From NCBI GenBank assembly GCA_043228905.1, contig JBHGNT010000002.1, forward strand, positions 3,162,001 to 3,226,000: 64,000 nt of DNA. Direction: 5' to 3'. The notes under the pieces were generated by a model. The model did no database searches. It was given only the letters and a program-made list of their open reading frames with translations, and was not told the origin of the DNA. Numbering within the stretch: the stretch's first letter is position 1; each line of letters begins with the position of its first letter. Shown in pieces: positions 1-13,900 of the stretch. A program made the translations under genes and the position numbers. The stretch is from Azolla caroliniana (taxonomy: Eukaryota; Plantae; Polypodiophyta).

Positions 1-2713
1 GCTTCTGTCCGTACATCAGCTCTGTCGGCATACACCTTGTCACCGAACTGTGCGTAGTTCGGTCCGCCCATAGTGCGTAAGGAAGGAGTCGCGGCCAATT
101 CCCGACCTGCCCTCCGCATGCACGCACCAACGCCTTTACGATCGGCCCGTGCCCACGTTGTACCTTTCCGTTCGCCTTCGGATTGTACACCGTACTGAGG
201 GAGAGTTTGACGCCTAGCCGATCGAACAACTCCTCAGCCTCCCGCGTATCCAGCTCTCCCCGGTCCGCCACGATCCTCCCGACGCACCCGTACTGACACA
301 CTACTTCTTCGATCAGGAACCGGCATACCGCCGCGGGTTTCTTGCTCTGCAGTGCACGACCTTCCACTCTCGTGAAATGCCACCAGTAGTTCCTCCTGTT
401 CTTCTTTCTTTGTCACTACTCGGAGCGGGATGTCGTCTCTCTTCTTTGGGTGCCTCCATATGCACAGTTTGTCTCACAGGAAGAACCGGTACGCCTTCTT
501 CCGTACCCGGCTCGGCTCTTCTCTCATCCATGCTGCGTCTGGCGTCATCGTCCGTAGGAACCTCCCGATTCGGAGCCACTCCCTGTCGTACCTGCTTTCG
601 TCGAATTCGTTAAGCGTCGGAGTGTCCCTTTCCCTCGTCGCTACGTTAGCCGACCCGAAGAAGTCCTCGCCGACTTCTTCGTCATCCGAAACCATGTCGT
701 CTTCGTCGTTGAACCTTGCTCTCGAAAGCATGTCGGCCATGGTGTTATCCTTTCCGGAGATGTGCCGTATCTCCGGGTTCAGGGACTTAATGTATGCTAT
801 CCACCGAAGCATTGCTAGGTTCGGCGTCGCGCATCCGGAAACCATGCCGAGTATCAGCAGGCAGTCCGTCTCGATGATCACCTCCGTCCCGATCAGATAG
901 TCCTTGTCGGTCTGGACTGCTGAAACGACACCCCAAATCTCGCGCTTAACTTGGGCTTATCCTCGCTGCCGCTCGCTCAATACCTTCGCCCCGAACCGGA
1001 TCGGGAATCGTACGTTGTCCTTGTCCTCCTGACTGATTACCCACCCAATCCCGGTTGGGCTGGTGTCCACCGTCACGCACATGGGAACATCCTTGTCGTA
1101 AACCTCTTTACGGAGACCCGACGCTACCGTAAGAGCCTCCTTTAGTCTCTGTACCAACTCCGTGTGCTCCGTCCTCCACTCAAAGCTACGCCCCTTTTTC
1201 AATAGTCCGTAGAGGGGTTCCGCGACATGTGCGTAGTATGGGATCTAGATGTGATAGAACGTGCATGCTCCCAAGAATCTGCGGACCTCCGTGACCGAAT
1301 TGCAGTCATGCTTCATCATGGACATGGCTTCCACCTTGGCCGGAGACGGTTTCCGACCGTATGGTCGGCATAGGTGCCCGATGACCATGATCTCTGGTTG
1401 CCCGATGGCCAATTTTTCCCCGGAGAAGGTGAGCCTCACGCCTTCTAGTCTCTGCAGCACCTTCTCGCAGTCATCGATGTGAGTCGTCACGAAATTCCGA
1501 CATCCGTCCGGCCCGATTGCCTCGTCTTTTCCTCCACCGGGCATCCCATGATTGGGATGTCGTCTAAGAATGGCATAGTGATGTCCGGGATACAATCCCT
1601 GAGCATTTTGTTCATCGAGTTCACCATGTGAGCCACTGAGTTCGTCCCTCCTTGTGGTAGGGTAAACATCCGCACTAGGCCAAGAGGAGTCCGCATCGTC
1701 GTAATGTCTCTGCTCTCTACGGCTAGTTGGAACTGATTGTACCCCAAGTATAGATCACCGACAGAGTAAATCGACCTTCCGGCGAAGGCCTCCGTGAACT
1801 TGTCTATGGTTGGTCTAATTCCTACGTTACGGATGGTCACCTTCTTGACTAGTTGCAGGTCCTGAATGAAGTGCAGCGTGCCGTTCTTCTTCGGCACCGT
1901 AAACCACCGATTCGAATACGAGGCACTCGACGGTTTGATGATGCCCATCTCCACCTTTTGCTTCAGAAGCTCCATCAACTTCGGGATGTGAGCTCTCGGT
2001 ACTGGAATCGGTTTGAGATTCCACGGTACATGCGGTACCGTGAAGATCACCATCGGTTCGACAACTGTCGGGTCTACGCACCCGATCTCCTCTGGTGAGA
2101 ATGCGAAAGCCTTCCCGTGCCTCCTGAGCATTCTCTGAAATCGGTCCTCTTCCGCCGGCAGTAGAAAGTCGCCCCCACCGATCTTGAGCTCTCGTAGCGT
2201 TATGTCAGTGAACCGGTGCCCTATGCCAGCCGGATTCCGTAGACTTGGGTCCGACGTGACCCCTTTTATCTGCTCCTCGCTGCCCTCCGGTAAGGGTGTC
2301 GCGACTGGCCTCACCTTCCGGTCCACAGTCTTGTACTTTGTATCCACGCGGGCCGTCCGATCCAACCCGATCCTTTCCCCGAAGTCCGCGATGACTTCGT
2401 ACATTCCCATTGAACTAACCGGAACGGTCCGGGCTTCTCTAAGATCTTCACCGATTACCTTTCGCAATTCGCCCAAGGTGTCGTCAAAAGAGACCGCCTC
2501 CACGGCACTGCCGATGTCTTCGTCGGGGGAGAGGACCCCGCATCCCCTGAGCCGCTCCTCCGCTCGCTTCCTCTCCCGGCGGCTGACGCCGGTTATAGTA
2601 TAGCCTCCATTTTCAGAGAACCAAAACTTCCTACCTACTGTACATGTGTGGGGTTCTTCCAGTACGTCCGGACTACCGTGGCCCCACGCCTTGAGAGCCC
2701 TCTCTAAAAATCC
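1..2713 (-). pseudogene. gypsy-1 pol (RT-RNaseH-integrase), disrupted
   Basis: ORF fragments 1487-2503 (RT), 1245-1595, 957-1202 and 474-881 (RNase H); integrase YNPKANG motif near 160-190. Confidence 0.88.
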
Positions 2714-4862
2714 CCTCAGCTGCCGCCGCCGAGGGTTTCACGATTCCTCTCATGGTTCGGACGTATGGTCATGAATTGGACGGAATGCCGACCGTCCTGG
2801 CTCTTGACGCGCGCGTACGCCGAACCATTGTCTAGCACTTCCGTCTGCATGCGTGCTGCCGTAATGTATGGTTGGCCGAGAATCATCGGGTGCGAGGATG
2901 TTTCCTACACGAAAAAATGTTGATCTATCTCGACGTCACCGACCTTTACGCGTATATTCGGGCACACACCATGCAGCTCCTCCGTAGCACGCGTCGCCGC
3001 ACGTATCTTCCACCCGTTCTTGGTGTTGATCGGCCATTTGCCCTTCTTGTAGAAATCCATGGACATCAGGTTGATTTCAGATCCATGGTCTACCAAGGCC
3101 ACCACCGGTTCCAGAACATCGCCGATCCGCACAGGGGTTTCCGTAGTTGCCCTGGCCCAATGCAGCTTTGCGTAGTGGCTTTCCGCCAACTCGTCTTCTA
3201 GGGCCGCATCTTCTAAGTGCGTAGTCCGCACCTCCACCGGCTTCTCCGGTTCTGGCTCTGTGGAGAGCCTCTTCCGCTTCACCAAGTCTACGATGGAGTC
3301 GTGGAACTCCCTCTTGGCGATTCCCAACACCTCTCACAACGACAACTCCACTTTACTGTCAAGGATCCTCTCTTCAAGGACCTTCCGTAGGTCCATTGCT
3401 CTCTCGATTTCGGTGCTCAACTGAAACCCCGCCTGCTTCTTTCCGTCCGGCGCGCCAGGGTTGCTGGCATCGGTTGGTTTCGGTCCGAACCGGGTCTCGT
3501 ACCTCTACGGGGGGCCCACCCCCCCCCGGCCTTTCCTGTCTGTTTGTCTTCCACCAAAACCTCGTAGTTCTGGCAAGCGGCTTCTATGAAGCCCGTTTTC
3601 TCTTCGACCGAATCGTCCCATCTGGTGACCTCCTGGACCCACTATTCCGCGCGGTCCGCCTCTTCCTTCTTCAGCCGAACTCCGGAGAAGTCTTCCAGCA
3701 CTAGCGGCCAGAATCCGGAGTCCTTCACCATTCGGGGCTCGTCACCCCCCACCCAGATTCCCACCGACACTAAGTAGTTAACGGCTTCTACATGCCATGT
3801 TGCGGCCTCTTCCATCAACCTCTTCATTCCGCCATGCCCCGTATTTAGTTCTAGGGCTCTCCGGATCTCGCTCGCGTGCACCCGCCCATTCCAGAGGTAC
3901 ACCACATTGGACCTGAGCGCGTCGGCAAAATCCATGCAGTCCTTCTGAATGTGACCGATTGCGTCACACCACATGCACCGCTGCCCAGCCGACGGCCTCC
4001 GGTCGCGAGATTGTTCGCCGCTTTCTCTTCGCGCCTTTGCGATCTGCAGGTCGCGCACCATCTGTGTTAGCTCCTCTAGAGCCGCTCCTCCGGATGGGCC
4101 TCTGACTACGTCATTCGATACCAGCTCCAGCCAAATTCGGGTCTCTCCCTTCCTATCGGCTGGCACCGATACCGGCTCCTCGAGCCTCCCCGTCGGGACC
4201 GGCCCTGACCCCGATGAGCTTCTGTCGCTCCAATCGCGCCGTTTGTCGAAACGGCTGCAAACTCATTTTACCACGGCCCAGTTTTTCATGAGCCCTTCGT
4301 CCGTTTCCAATAGGGGACCCACCTTTTCCCTATCGAGCGCGTCTATCGACTTGACAAACAGTAGTACTCGACTCGTTTCGAGCACGGTCCGGTCCAGCGT
4401 CGACAACCGCGCGAACCGTTTTTCGAACTCCTGGAGGAGCGCCGACGTGTTCCTCCCTTTTCCGGGTCTTCCCACCCACGCCATGAAGTCTCGCCTCGAC
4501 AGCCAAAGCGAGTCATCAAACCCGTAATTCAGGAGGAGCTGCAACTCGAACTCCTCCCAAGTCTGGCATCCGGCCAACACCTCGAACACCTCCGCATGGA
4601 TGCTCGGCGTCACCACCCGAGGGAATCCGGATAGCGGCCTATCCATCGGGATATCCCTCATGATCATATCGGCCCGGTAAGCCTCCAAATAACTTGTGGC
4701 GTCTTTCCCTCCGAATCGGCCTATAGTGCCGACGATTGATTCAATGGCTCTATTGAGGGTACCCGTCCCCTCACGAGCGCTTACCAACCGATCGACGGCT
4801 ACCGCCATTGCCTCTGCTAGCTCCGATCCCCTCATCTTTCGACTCCTTTGCCGCCTGTTCAT
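2704..4862 (-). pseudogene. gypsy-1 gag-protease ORF, disrupted
   Basis: ORF fragments 4263-5015 (capsid-like), 3642-4166 (CCHC) and 2905-3330 (aspartic protease); ends in GGG GAT TTT TAG at 2704. Confidence 0.85.
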
Positions 4863-4875
4863 GTCGGATTCACCA
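4858..4875 (-). promoter_or_regulatory. Primer binding site, tRNA-Trp-like
   Basis: Minus strand TGGTGAATCCGACATGAA, versus the complement of the plant tRNA-Trp 3' end as I recall it (TGGTGAACCCGACGTGAA); 4 nt from the LTR end. Confidence 0.7.
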
Positions 4876-4879
4876 AAGA

Positions 4880-4948
4880 TTTCGCGTTGTTTCGCGTGTG
4901 TGTGTAGAAAGAGGCGGGACCACGGGGTTCTTGGACCAAGGAGAGAGA

Positions 4949-5008
<60 letters not shown>

Positions 5009-5580
5009 GATACATAAAAAGAGGTTAAGAGCGAGAAAACAAGAATCCAATTACTAAAATTAATACCTTACAACTCGAATAGTTACAACCGGCAACCCGG
5101 TAATGGGCCCAACACATGGTCCTACTCACGCACATAGACGACTGCCACACAACTCCAGGAACCAAAAGGGGGAGAGCCTCTGCTTGAAGCACACAGGCTA
5201 TCAACGAAGCAGACGCAGCGAACTCCCGACACCCACAGACACCGACGACCGGAGGAGGAGAAGAGAGAGCTCGGCACTCGGTTCTGCAGCAGCACTTCCT
5301 CTTGGTCAATGTGCGATGCCCTTTCCTCCTTCTCTCCTCTCCTTAAATAGTTCCCCAAAAGGGGGGGGGTGCCTCTTTCCCTAGTTAAACCGCTTTATTC
5401 CCTGTCCCTTTCGATAGAGATATGCACAATCCCTCAATAAATGTGTACTACTTAGTATTTACATCAGTCGATCCATTTATGAATCATGTACAAAATATCA
5501 AATCATGCACCCATCTGTGTAAGAGCCAATTCATGCGCCTTTTTCTCTGATTCCGCCTATGCCCAGTTTTCTTCACGACA
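4880..5580 (-). repeat. gypsy-1 5' LTR containing a long (GA/TC)n tract
   Basis: Starts TGTCGTGAAG and ends CGCGAAA (decayed CGCGACA) next to the PBS; TATTTAA near 5343-5349; (GA)n at about 4953-5004. Confidence 0.75.
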
Positions 5581-6282
5581 CCGTGGAGTCTCTTGGATGG
5601 TTATCATCTAAGGCTGAAGAAGAATGGAAAATACACAAATTTGATCATGGGTGGTGGCATATCTTACAACGTAGTTGGCGTTCTAAATTGCCACTTGTTG
5701 CAAAGGTATTCATTTGGAGAGTTTTGATCGAAGGATTGCCTTTGGGATTAGCTTTAAAGCGTCGTGGACTAGCCACGGGTACCTGCTTCTTTTGCACAGT
5801 TTAGATAGAAGATAGTACTCATCGATTTATACAATTTCCAATTGCTTGTCAAATTTGGAGTTACATTTCTCAAATTTGGCAAGTTTTATCACGGAGTTAT
5901 TTGACACCTAGACAATGGGAGTTTGCACAATTTACACAGGCTGACCCAAAATTAGAGATGGAGATTGTTTTCCTATTTCTGAGATATTGGGGATTGCGTC
6001 ATAATTGGAACATGCGCAACGCTTTTGTATTCGATGGTAGACATGGAGTGAAAGCATATCTACGAAAGTTGAAGGGAGTACTAATGTGGCAATTTTCTTT
6101 ATTGGAACAAGTGAAAATGCTTTCCTCGGTGGAGTGTTCGTCTTGCCTATTGGCAATTCAACATGTTCCACTACCCATGTAGTGTAGTGTGGTTAGTGTG
6201 TGACCATACTCCATTGTCACACGTATTGTAAGTAGTCCTTTTCACACACATTTATTAATATAATTGTGTGTTTTCACCAAAA
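5581..6282 (+). mobile_element. L1-type LINE 3' end (zf-RVT region), interrupted by gypsy-1
   Basis: WRSKLPLVAKVFIWRVLIEGLP...CFFC...EDSTHRF matches the C-terminal zf-RVT of plant L1 ORF2; ends in AAAA then (GA)n. Confidence 0.75.
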
Positions 6283-6617
6283 GAGAGAGAGAGAGAGCTT
6301 GAATAGTCTCTGTTGTAACCGCCTGTTGGCAAAGATTGAGAGCACGAGGTCATTGCCTCTGTGACTTATTACTGTAATCTCTACGTAGTGATAGTTTGGA
6401 GTCTGTGGGCTCCCGTGGTTTTTCCCCATTTAGTGTTTTTCCACGTAAACATATTGTGTACTCTCTTTCAGTGTTTTGCGTATATGTACATCTACATCCA
6501 CATTCCAAATTTCTGTGATTGTAATTCTCAACGAGGTGATTGAAGAGTCAGTTGTGGCCGAGCATTATTCCGCATATTCTCTTCAAACTGGTATCAGAGC
6601 GAATGTCAACACAGGAA

Positions 6618-9600
6618 ATGGAAGAATCTTTCGGCGGCATGTTCAAGCTCACCGACTCCAACTACTCAGTATGGAAGTCGAAGATGAAGGACATGCTGGT
6701 GGTTAAAGATCTTTGGTTGCCGGTTCAGTTCGGGGACAAGAGACCGGATAAGAATGATGCCACAGTGTGGGAGGTGATGCACATGAAGACGACGGCATAC
6801 ATCCGGTGCTTCATCAACATGAGCCTGTACAACAACTTCAATGAAGAAAGTAAGGCTCATGAACTCTAGTAGAAGATCGACATTATGTTTCACAACAAAA
6901 ATGTTGTTAATCGGGATTCGGTATTCCGGAAGCTAGTAAGACTCCAGTACCAAGATGGTTCCAGAATGGCGGAGCACATGAATGCCTTCTAGGGGCTGAT
7001 ACACCAAGCAACCTCATTGGAAGTACCTCTGGATGATGAGGTACTTGCTTTACTCCTGCTCGGTTCCCTCCCGGATAGCTGGGAGATGTTAGTTGTCACG
7101 TTGGGCAACGCCGGGCTGGAAGGAAAACAGTTGTCCCTAACAAGAGTCAAGTCGAGCTTGCTAGATGAGGAGGCACGTCGGAAAGACAAGGATATGAGTT
7201 CCGACTCCAAAGCGCTCCTTACCGAATCGAAACGTGGAAGACAAAGGAACCGTAGTCCCTAGAACCGGGAAAAGTCAAGGACACGGTCAAAGTCAAGGGG
7301 GGGGCCTACTTGGTTCTATTGTGGCAAGTTGGGGCAATTCCAGAAGAACTGTCGGCATTTCCGAAAAGACAAGGAAACTGATAGTACCTATTTGAAGCGG
7401 TCACCAGACCGGAATGGTAAAGACCAGAGAGGACCAGACTGGAAGGGAACGACGACAGTCGCGGCAAGTGAAGAGGAGTTAATGCTCATCACCGAGGAGA
7501 GTGAGTTGAACCTTGCAGGCAACGAGACAACGTGGGTTGTCGATTCCAGAGCGTTGTTCCACCTGACCCCGGACCGGAAATGAAGGTACATGCCGAATTG
7601 TCGGCATAGGAGACGTGTGGCTGACAACACCAACCGGATGCAAGTTGCTGTTGAAGGATGTCTGACACGTTCCAGAGGTTTGATTGAACTTGATATTAGT
7701 CGGTCGGCTAGATGATGAAGGCTACACGGGTAGCATCCGGAATAGTATCATGAAGTTCAGCAAGGGGAGCTTGATAGTGGCTCGGGCCTGGAAAGTCAAC
7801 ACACTATACCTGATGAATGCCCGGTTATGCCGGGAAGAAGTGAACGTGGCATCCGACACTGCCGATGAGTTGTGGCACAAGAGACTGTGTCACATGAGCG
7901 AGAAGGGGATGGGGAGGCTTGCCGATGACAACCTCATTCCGGTGAAAGACTTGCATCCTGAGAGGTGCACTGACTGTCTGGCCGGTAAGCAAAACCAGAC
8001 CTCCTTCCGATCAAGGCTACCGATGAGACGTAATGCACCATTGGAGCTGGTGCATACCAATGTGTGTTAAGTGGACACGAAGTCACATGCCGGATCGCAG
8101 TACTTCGTGACGTTCATAGATGACCACAACCAGAAGCTGTGGGCCACACCGTTGAAGACGAAGGATCAGGTGTTATCCGTCTTCAAGGAGCTCCATGCAA
8201 GAGTGGAAAGAGAAACTGGCCGGAAGCTGAAGGCGGTTCGAGCAGATAACGGAGGCGAATATCGGGGGCACCTTGAGGAGTACTGCCGCTGGATGGGAAT
8301 ACGGCTCGAATTTACCGTACCGAAGATGCCGGAACTAAACGGGCTGTCCGAGAGGATGAACCGAACCATAATGGAGAGGGTCTGGAGTATGGTAGCACAT
8401 GCAAAGTTACCCATGAAGTTTTGGGCTGAGCCGATGGCGACAACGACGTACGTGATAAATAGATCACCCTCAGTGCCCTTGGACGGAGACACGCCGTAGA
8501 GAGTGTGGACCGGTAAGGAAGTGTGTTACCGGCAGCTGAAGGTGTTCGGGTGTCTCGTTTATGTGCATGTGGCAAAGGACCGGAGAGCAAAGTTGGATCC
8601 AAAGTCCCGGCCTTGCATATTCCTCGGATACGGCGATGATGAGTTCGACTACCGAGTGTGGGATCCGGTCGACAAGAAGGTGTTCCGGAGTCGAGATATT
8701 ATCTTCATGGAGGACAAGACTCTTGCCGACTGGGAGTCGGAGAAGAAGATAATGAAATACGAATCGACCGGAAAGGACCGATTCGATGAGATGCAAACCC
8801 AACCAACAAAGAGCCAGTTAACACTCGAAGAACCGGTCGGTTACGAAGAGGACACTGAACCAGCCGAAGAAGAAGAGGAAGCAGAAACCGGAACCGGCCA
8901 AGACCCCAAATCGGATTAGGATGAAGAACAAATAGAGGAGCCGGTTGGCGAAAGCCAAGGATGCAGATCTATATCCTCTCAGAGAGAGAAGGCCCCCCCC
9001 CCCGGATATTTCCGGATGTAGAGCGCGTGTTGCTAACCGATGAGGGGGAGCCGAAAAGCTTTGAAGAAGCAAAGGAGTACACCCACAACCGCAAGTGGTT
9101 GAGTGCGATGCTAGAGGAGATGGATTCCCTGCATGAGAACCACACGTATGCACTGGTGGAGTTGCCGAAAGGAAAGCGGGAACTTCGGAAGAAGAGGGTG
9201 TACAAGTTGAAACCTAGAGATGTTGGCAACCCCCCAAGGTACAAAGTCAAGATCGTGGTAAAGGGGTTCTAGCAGAAGAAGGGAGTGGACTTCGACGAGA
9301 TATTTGCCCCGGTAGTGAAGATGACTTCCATCACAACAGTGCTGAGTATAGTGGCAAGCATGGACCTCGAGGTAGAGCAACTAGACATGAAGACGACGTT
9401 CCTTCATGGCGACCTCAAAGAAGAGATCTACATGCAGCAACCGGAAGGATTTGTGAAGAAAGGGAAGGAGCAACTGGTTTGCCAGTTGAAGAAGAGCCTA
9501 TACAGACTAAAGCAAGCTCCCCCGCAATGGTACCGGAAGTTCAACTCCTTCATGACGGATCAAGGATACGACAAGACGTAGGCTGATCACTGCGTATTTG

Positions 9601-10619
9601 TGAAGAAGTTCGAAGGTGGAGACTTCCTAATACTCCTCCTATACGTGGACGACATGTTGATCGTCAAACGAGACCAAGTCAAGATATGGATGTTGAAGAA
9701 GGCTCTGAACCGGACCTTCTCAATGAAAGACTTGGGTCCGGCAAAACAGATACTAGGAATGCATATCATCCGGGACCGGTCAAAGAAGCAATTGTGGTTG
9801 TCACAGGAGAAATACGTGACAAAGGTGCTTCAGCGGTTCTATATATCAGATGCGAAATCGGTCGGACCGACACTCCTGGCAAACTGAAGATTATCTGGTA
9901 AGCAAAGCCCGAAGAGGAAGGCAGAGAAGGTGGATATGATGAAGATACCATATGCCTCTGCTGTCGGTAGCTTGATGTACGCAATGGTGTGTACCCGACC
10001 GGATATCAGATACGCAGTAGGAGTGGTGAGTCGGTTCATGAGCAATACCGACAAGGAGCACTCGAATGCGGTAAAATGGATACTCCAGTACTTGAAAGGC
10101 ACCTCAAGTATGTGCCTCCGATTCGGCTTAGGTAAACCCCAACTCGACACATTCATGGATTTGGACATGTCGGCTGATGCGGATACCAACCAGTCAACAT
10201 CCGGATATGTCATGACATATGCAAGGGGAGTTGTTTCGTGGCAGTCAAGGATGCAGAAGACGGTTGCATTGTCAACCACGGAAGCGGAGTACATGGCAGC
10301 TATGGAAGCCGGCAAGGAAATATTGTAGATGAAGGACTTCATCGGAGAGCTAGGGATCCAACAAGAGGAATACCGGCTCTACTACGACAGTCAGAGTACC
10401 ATCCACCTTGCAAAGAACGCTGCCTATCATTCCAGGGCAAAGCACATCCAGCGCAAGTACCACTGGATTCGGGAGCGAGTAGAAGATTGAGAGTTCATGT
10501 TGGCAAAGATCCACACGAAGGAGAACAGGTCGGATAAGCTGACGAAGGTGCTGACACCCGACAAGCTGGACGCATGTCGGAAGCGGATCGGACTAATGAG
10601 GCCTCCCATGCCGAAGTGA
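6618..10619 (+). pseudogene. copia A gag-pol, with many C-to-T stops and a small deletion near 7580
   Basis: Fragments carry WVVDS, LELVH, ADNGGEY, YVDDMLIV and TRPDI; colinear with the intact ORF at 17800-21876. Confidence 0.9.
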
Positions 10620-10951
10620 AGGGGGAGTTTGTTAGGATTTCGGTCCCTCCAGATGGGATATGAGTACCCGGCAAGGAAGACCCGATGAGAACCGGATGAT
10701 GAGTACCCGGCAAGGAAGACCCCGTTAGATCCGGATGATGCAGGCCCGGTGAGAACCTCTCACCGGATGAAGGGACATATAGGTAAATATGTTTTTTTTT
10801 GAGAGCCCATTGGGGCTATATTTGTAAATAGTCCTAATGTCATATTAGTATAAATATGACCTAGGGCAAACACTTATGTGTGTTGGTGTATCATTGTGTT
10901 TTTATTATTATTGTATAGAGTTATTGGTGTAATTGTTGTACAGAACGTAAT

Positions 10952-13900
10952 AGAGATAGATAGATAGATAGATTATATTATCGTATTCGGAGGTCAAATA
11001 CGACCTATGAGACTAAAAATATTACATTTCATGTGATACGTGTGAAAGTGAGTAGTGACTCTCAATGTTCAAGAACTTTACCAATGAATGTTGCAATCGA
11101 GAGTGCACATTATGGTTGTGAGAGGAATTCATGCAAAGATTGGGCTCGATCAAAGAGTGAGATGTGGAAAGCATGGTCGAATATGATCAAAGGCAGAGCA
11201 TTGTATCAAAGTGTGATACTCAGACTCGCGAACTTGTTTAGGGCAAAGTGTGCATAGCCGACCACTCTCATCACTTGTACCCCAACGCCCTGTTTCACAT
11301 CGCAATGCATGTGAGCTAAGTCACATGGAAGCAATGGTTCGAATGGAAGATAACGATATGGGCTCTAACATGTATGGATGTGTACGATTTCCCCGTTCTG
11401 CAAAGAATATGGTTTTGTAGTTAGGTGCAACATGTGTAGTATAATGTGTGAAGCGTGAGCCTCCCCATTTGTCCCATGTCATGATACATTGGCATTGCAA
11501 AAATGCCTCATTTACAGAGGAATCTAATGATGCATCATGAAGCAAGTGTCTCGCATCCCATCTACCAAACCATTTTTCTATATCTTGCATCCAACTGGAA
11601 CCCAAAATTTTGCTTTTATGCGTCTTTTGGATCTTTTTGCTTGCTTCGCACGCAATTCTAGGAAGTCGATGTGAGGGACTTTTTTGAACCTTAAGCATGT
11701 ATTCAACAACCCTTTCCATGGCCATGATCTCAATGGGAAGCGATCCCGTCTCAAGGAGGAGGAGGGTGTAGGGCGTTTGTTTCTTAACTTGTAGAAACTT
11801 GGTAAGAAAATGCTTTTGGACATTTTCAAACTCTTTCCACATAGATTTAGGGATGTTACCGCCCCATACTTCTACCCCATAGAGAAGAACCGGTGTCAGC
11901 AAAGTGTCGAAAAGATACTTCTTGAGGACCCAACACTTAATATCTCCAAGATTGTATGTGTTCTCAAATGCATAGTATGCTCGCTTGCCCGCCTCTAAGC
12001 GGCGTGTAGCACATTCATTCCATCTATGATTTGAAGGGACTTCAAGGCCAAGATATTTGAAGCTTTCCACACATTCAAGTGGCTCATTGTTGTACATAAT
12101 GCATGGTTTATCTCTTTTTTGGCTCTTCACAAGCATAATATTTGTTTTAGAGCAATTGACACTTAATTTAGTACGCATGCAAAAATTTTTTCATGCCTTC
12201 ATAAGCTTTTGTGCATCTCCTAAAGTATTTGCAAAAAGCACTACATCATCTGCATATAGCAAAAGCATAATCACAACATTCCCAATGGCAACTTCTTCAA
12301 CACATTCTTCCTTTGCAAACTTCGTAACCATTTCTTCCAATTCATCAATGCATAGACCAAATAGTGTTGGTGAGAGTGAGCATCCTTGCTTAACACCAAT
12401 AGTGCTTTTGAAAAAATCTGTAAGTTTATCTCATGCGCACACAACATATAACCTTCTCATAAATTCGGGAAATTGCAAGCATATATTCACTTGGCACCTC
12501 AAGTTCTTCCATTCGCCTCCAAAGATGCTCACGAGGTACCATATCAAAAGCTTTCTTGAAGTTTACAAAGCAACAATATAAACATTTACCTCTAAGGCGA
12601 CTTTCCTCCATTAGTACTTGAAGGGTGATAAGGTGGTCAATGGTGCTATGGTGTTTCCGAAAGCCAGCTTGTCCATAAGCTCTCTTACCACTTTTTTCAA
12701 CCCATACATTTATCTTTGATTCCATTATACATCCAAATAGTTTTGCCATTAATGAGCCAACCATGATGGTTTGATAGTTGTTTACATTATTTATATCTCC
12801 ACCTTTATGTAAAGGTTTGATCCAATTTGTAGTCCAATCGTACGACATACCATGTTGCATTGCATCATTAAACATATCGCTTATCCATATATGTGCTTCC
12901 TTTCCCGTCCGTTTGAGCATTTCAGCCTTTATACATTGAAGATCGCTTGCCTTTCGAGAGACCAATTTCTTAAGTCCTATGCATATATCTTCAATTGTAA
13001 AGAAGGTAGGCATATGTGAAAGAGAACCATAACACATCATCTTTCCCGCAAGAGATAACTCATATAAATTCTTACAATGCATAGACAAGTCATGAAGAGT
13101 TAAGTCACCATAACTCTCAACATGTTTTCCCTTTAGATTTCCCAAAAATTTAGCACATGCATGTGCTTTCTCTTGCGTTTGGATAAATTGTTGAGTAACT
13201 TCCCATATTCTTCTCTTTCTTTGAATAAGCCTTTTATACTCATGCAAATGCTTTTGGTAATTCTCTTTATCCTTAACTACATCCAAAACCATACGGCACT
13301 TTCGAGCTTCACGACATTCTTTATCAAACCATTTTTTCCTAAGTTTCTTGGTGCATTTCCAAGATGTGCGGTTGGTCGAAAAACATTTGTTTGTACATGA
13401 GAGAATGACTTTCTTGAAAGCTTCCCATTTGCATTCTAGTGTGGCACCATGTTGTATCTTTGTCATTTGTAACATATCCTCAACCATCTTGGAATACATG
13501 GGTGCTCGCTTAAGGTTCATGCTCAAGTGCGGTTGTTTATTATCTTCAATAGCCTTCTCACAATCAAACCTATGCATACATTTGAGATCAATACATAAAG
13601 GCCTATGATCGGATTCCGGTGTCCATTCACCAAGTGAGAATTTATGTATATGATCCAAAATACCTTCAGAAAGTAGCACATAGTCAATCACACTATTTCT
13701 GTTGTGTTTTCTACATGTAAAACCATTAGTGTTGGGCCATAAGGAAATACCATTTGCAATAAGCAATCCGGTACTATTGCACATTTGTAGGAGTAACTTC
13801 CCAAATTGGTCCGGATCTTTTTCATCGCTAGAAGAGCGGTTATACATTTGCATATCCTCTTGCATCCTTGAGATATGTGGCATGAAAGATTCTTGTGAAT

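Larger units (their letters stand above)
1..5580 (-). mobile_element. Decayed Ty3/gypsy LTR retrotransposon (gypsy-1); 3' part runs off the left edge of the window
   Basis: Minus-strand order is gag, Zn knuckle (CMWCDAIGHIQKDC), protease (ALVDHGSEINLMS), RT (WFTVPKKNG, LPQGGTNS, FLDD), RNase H (VDTSPTGIG, ETDC, NTMADMLSR), then integrase. Many stops. LTR begins TGTCGTGAAG at 5580. Confidence 0.93.

Noticed and set aside
4696-5050. ORFs with ERERER / SLSLSL runs (also 22714-23145, 32820-33140, 63608-63919)
   Set aside because: These are translations of (GA)n microsatellites.
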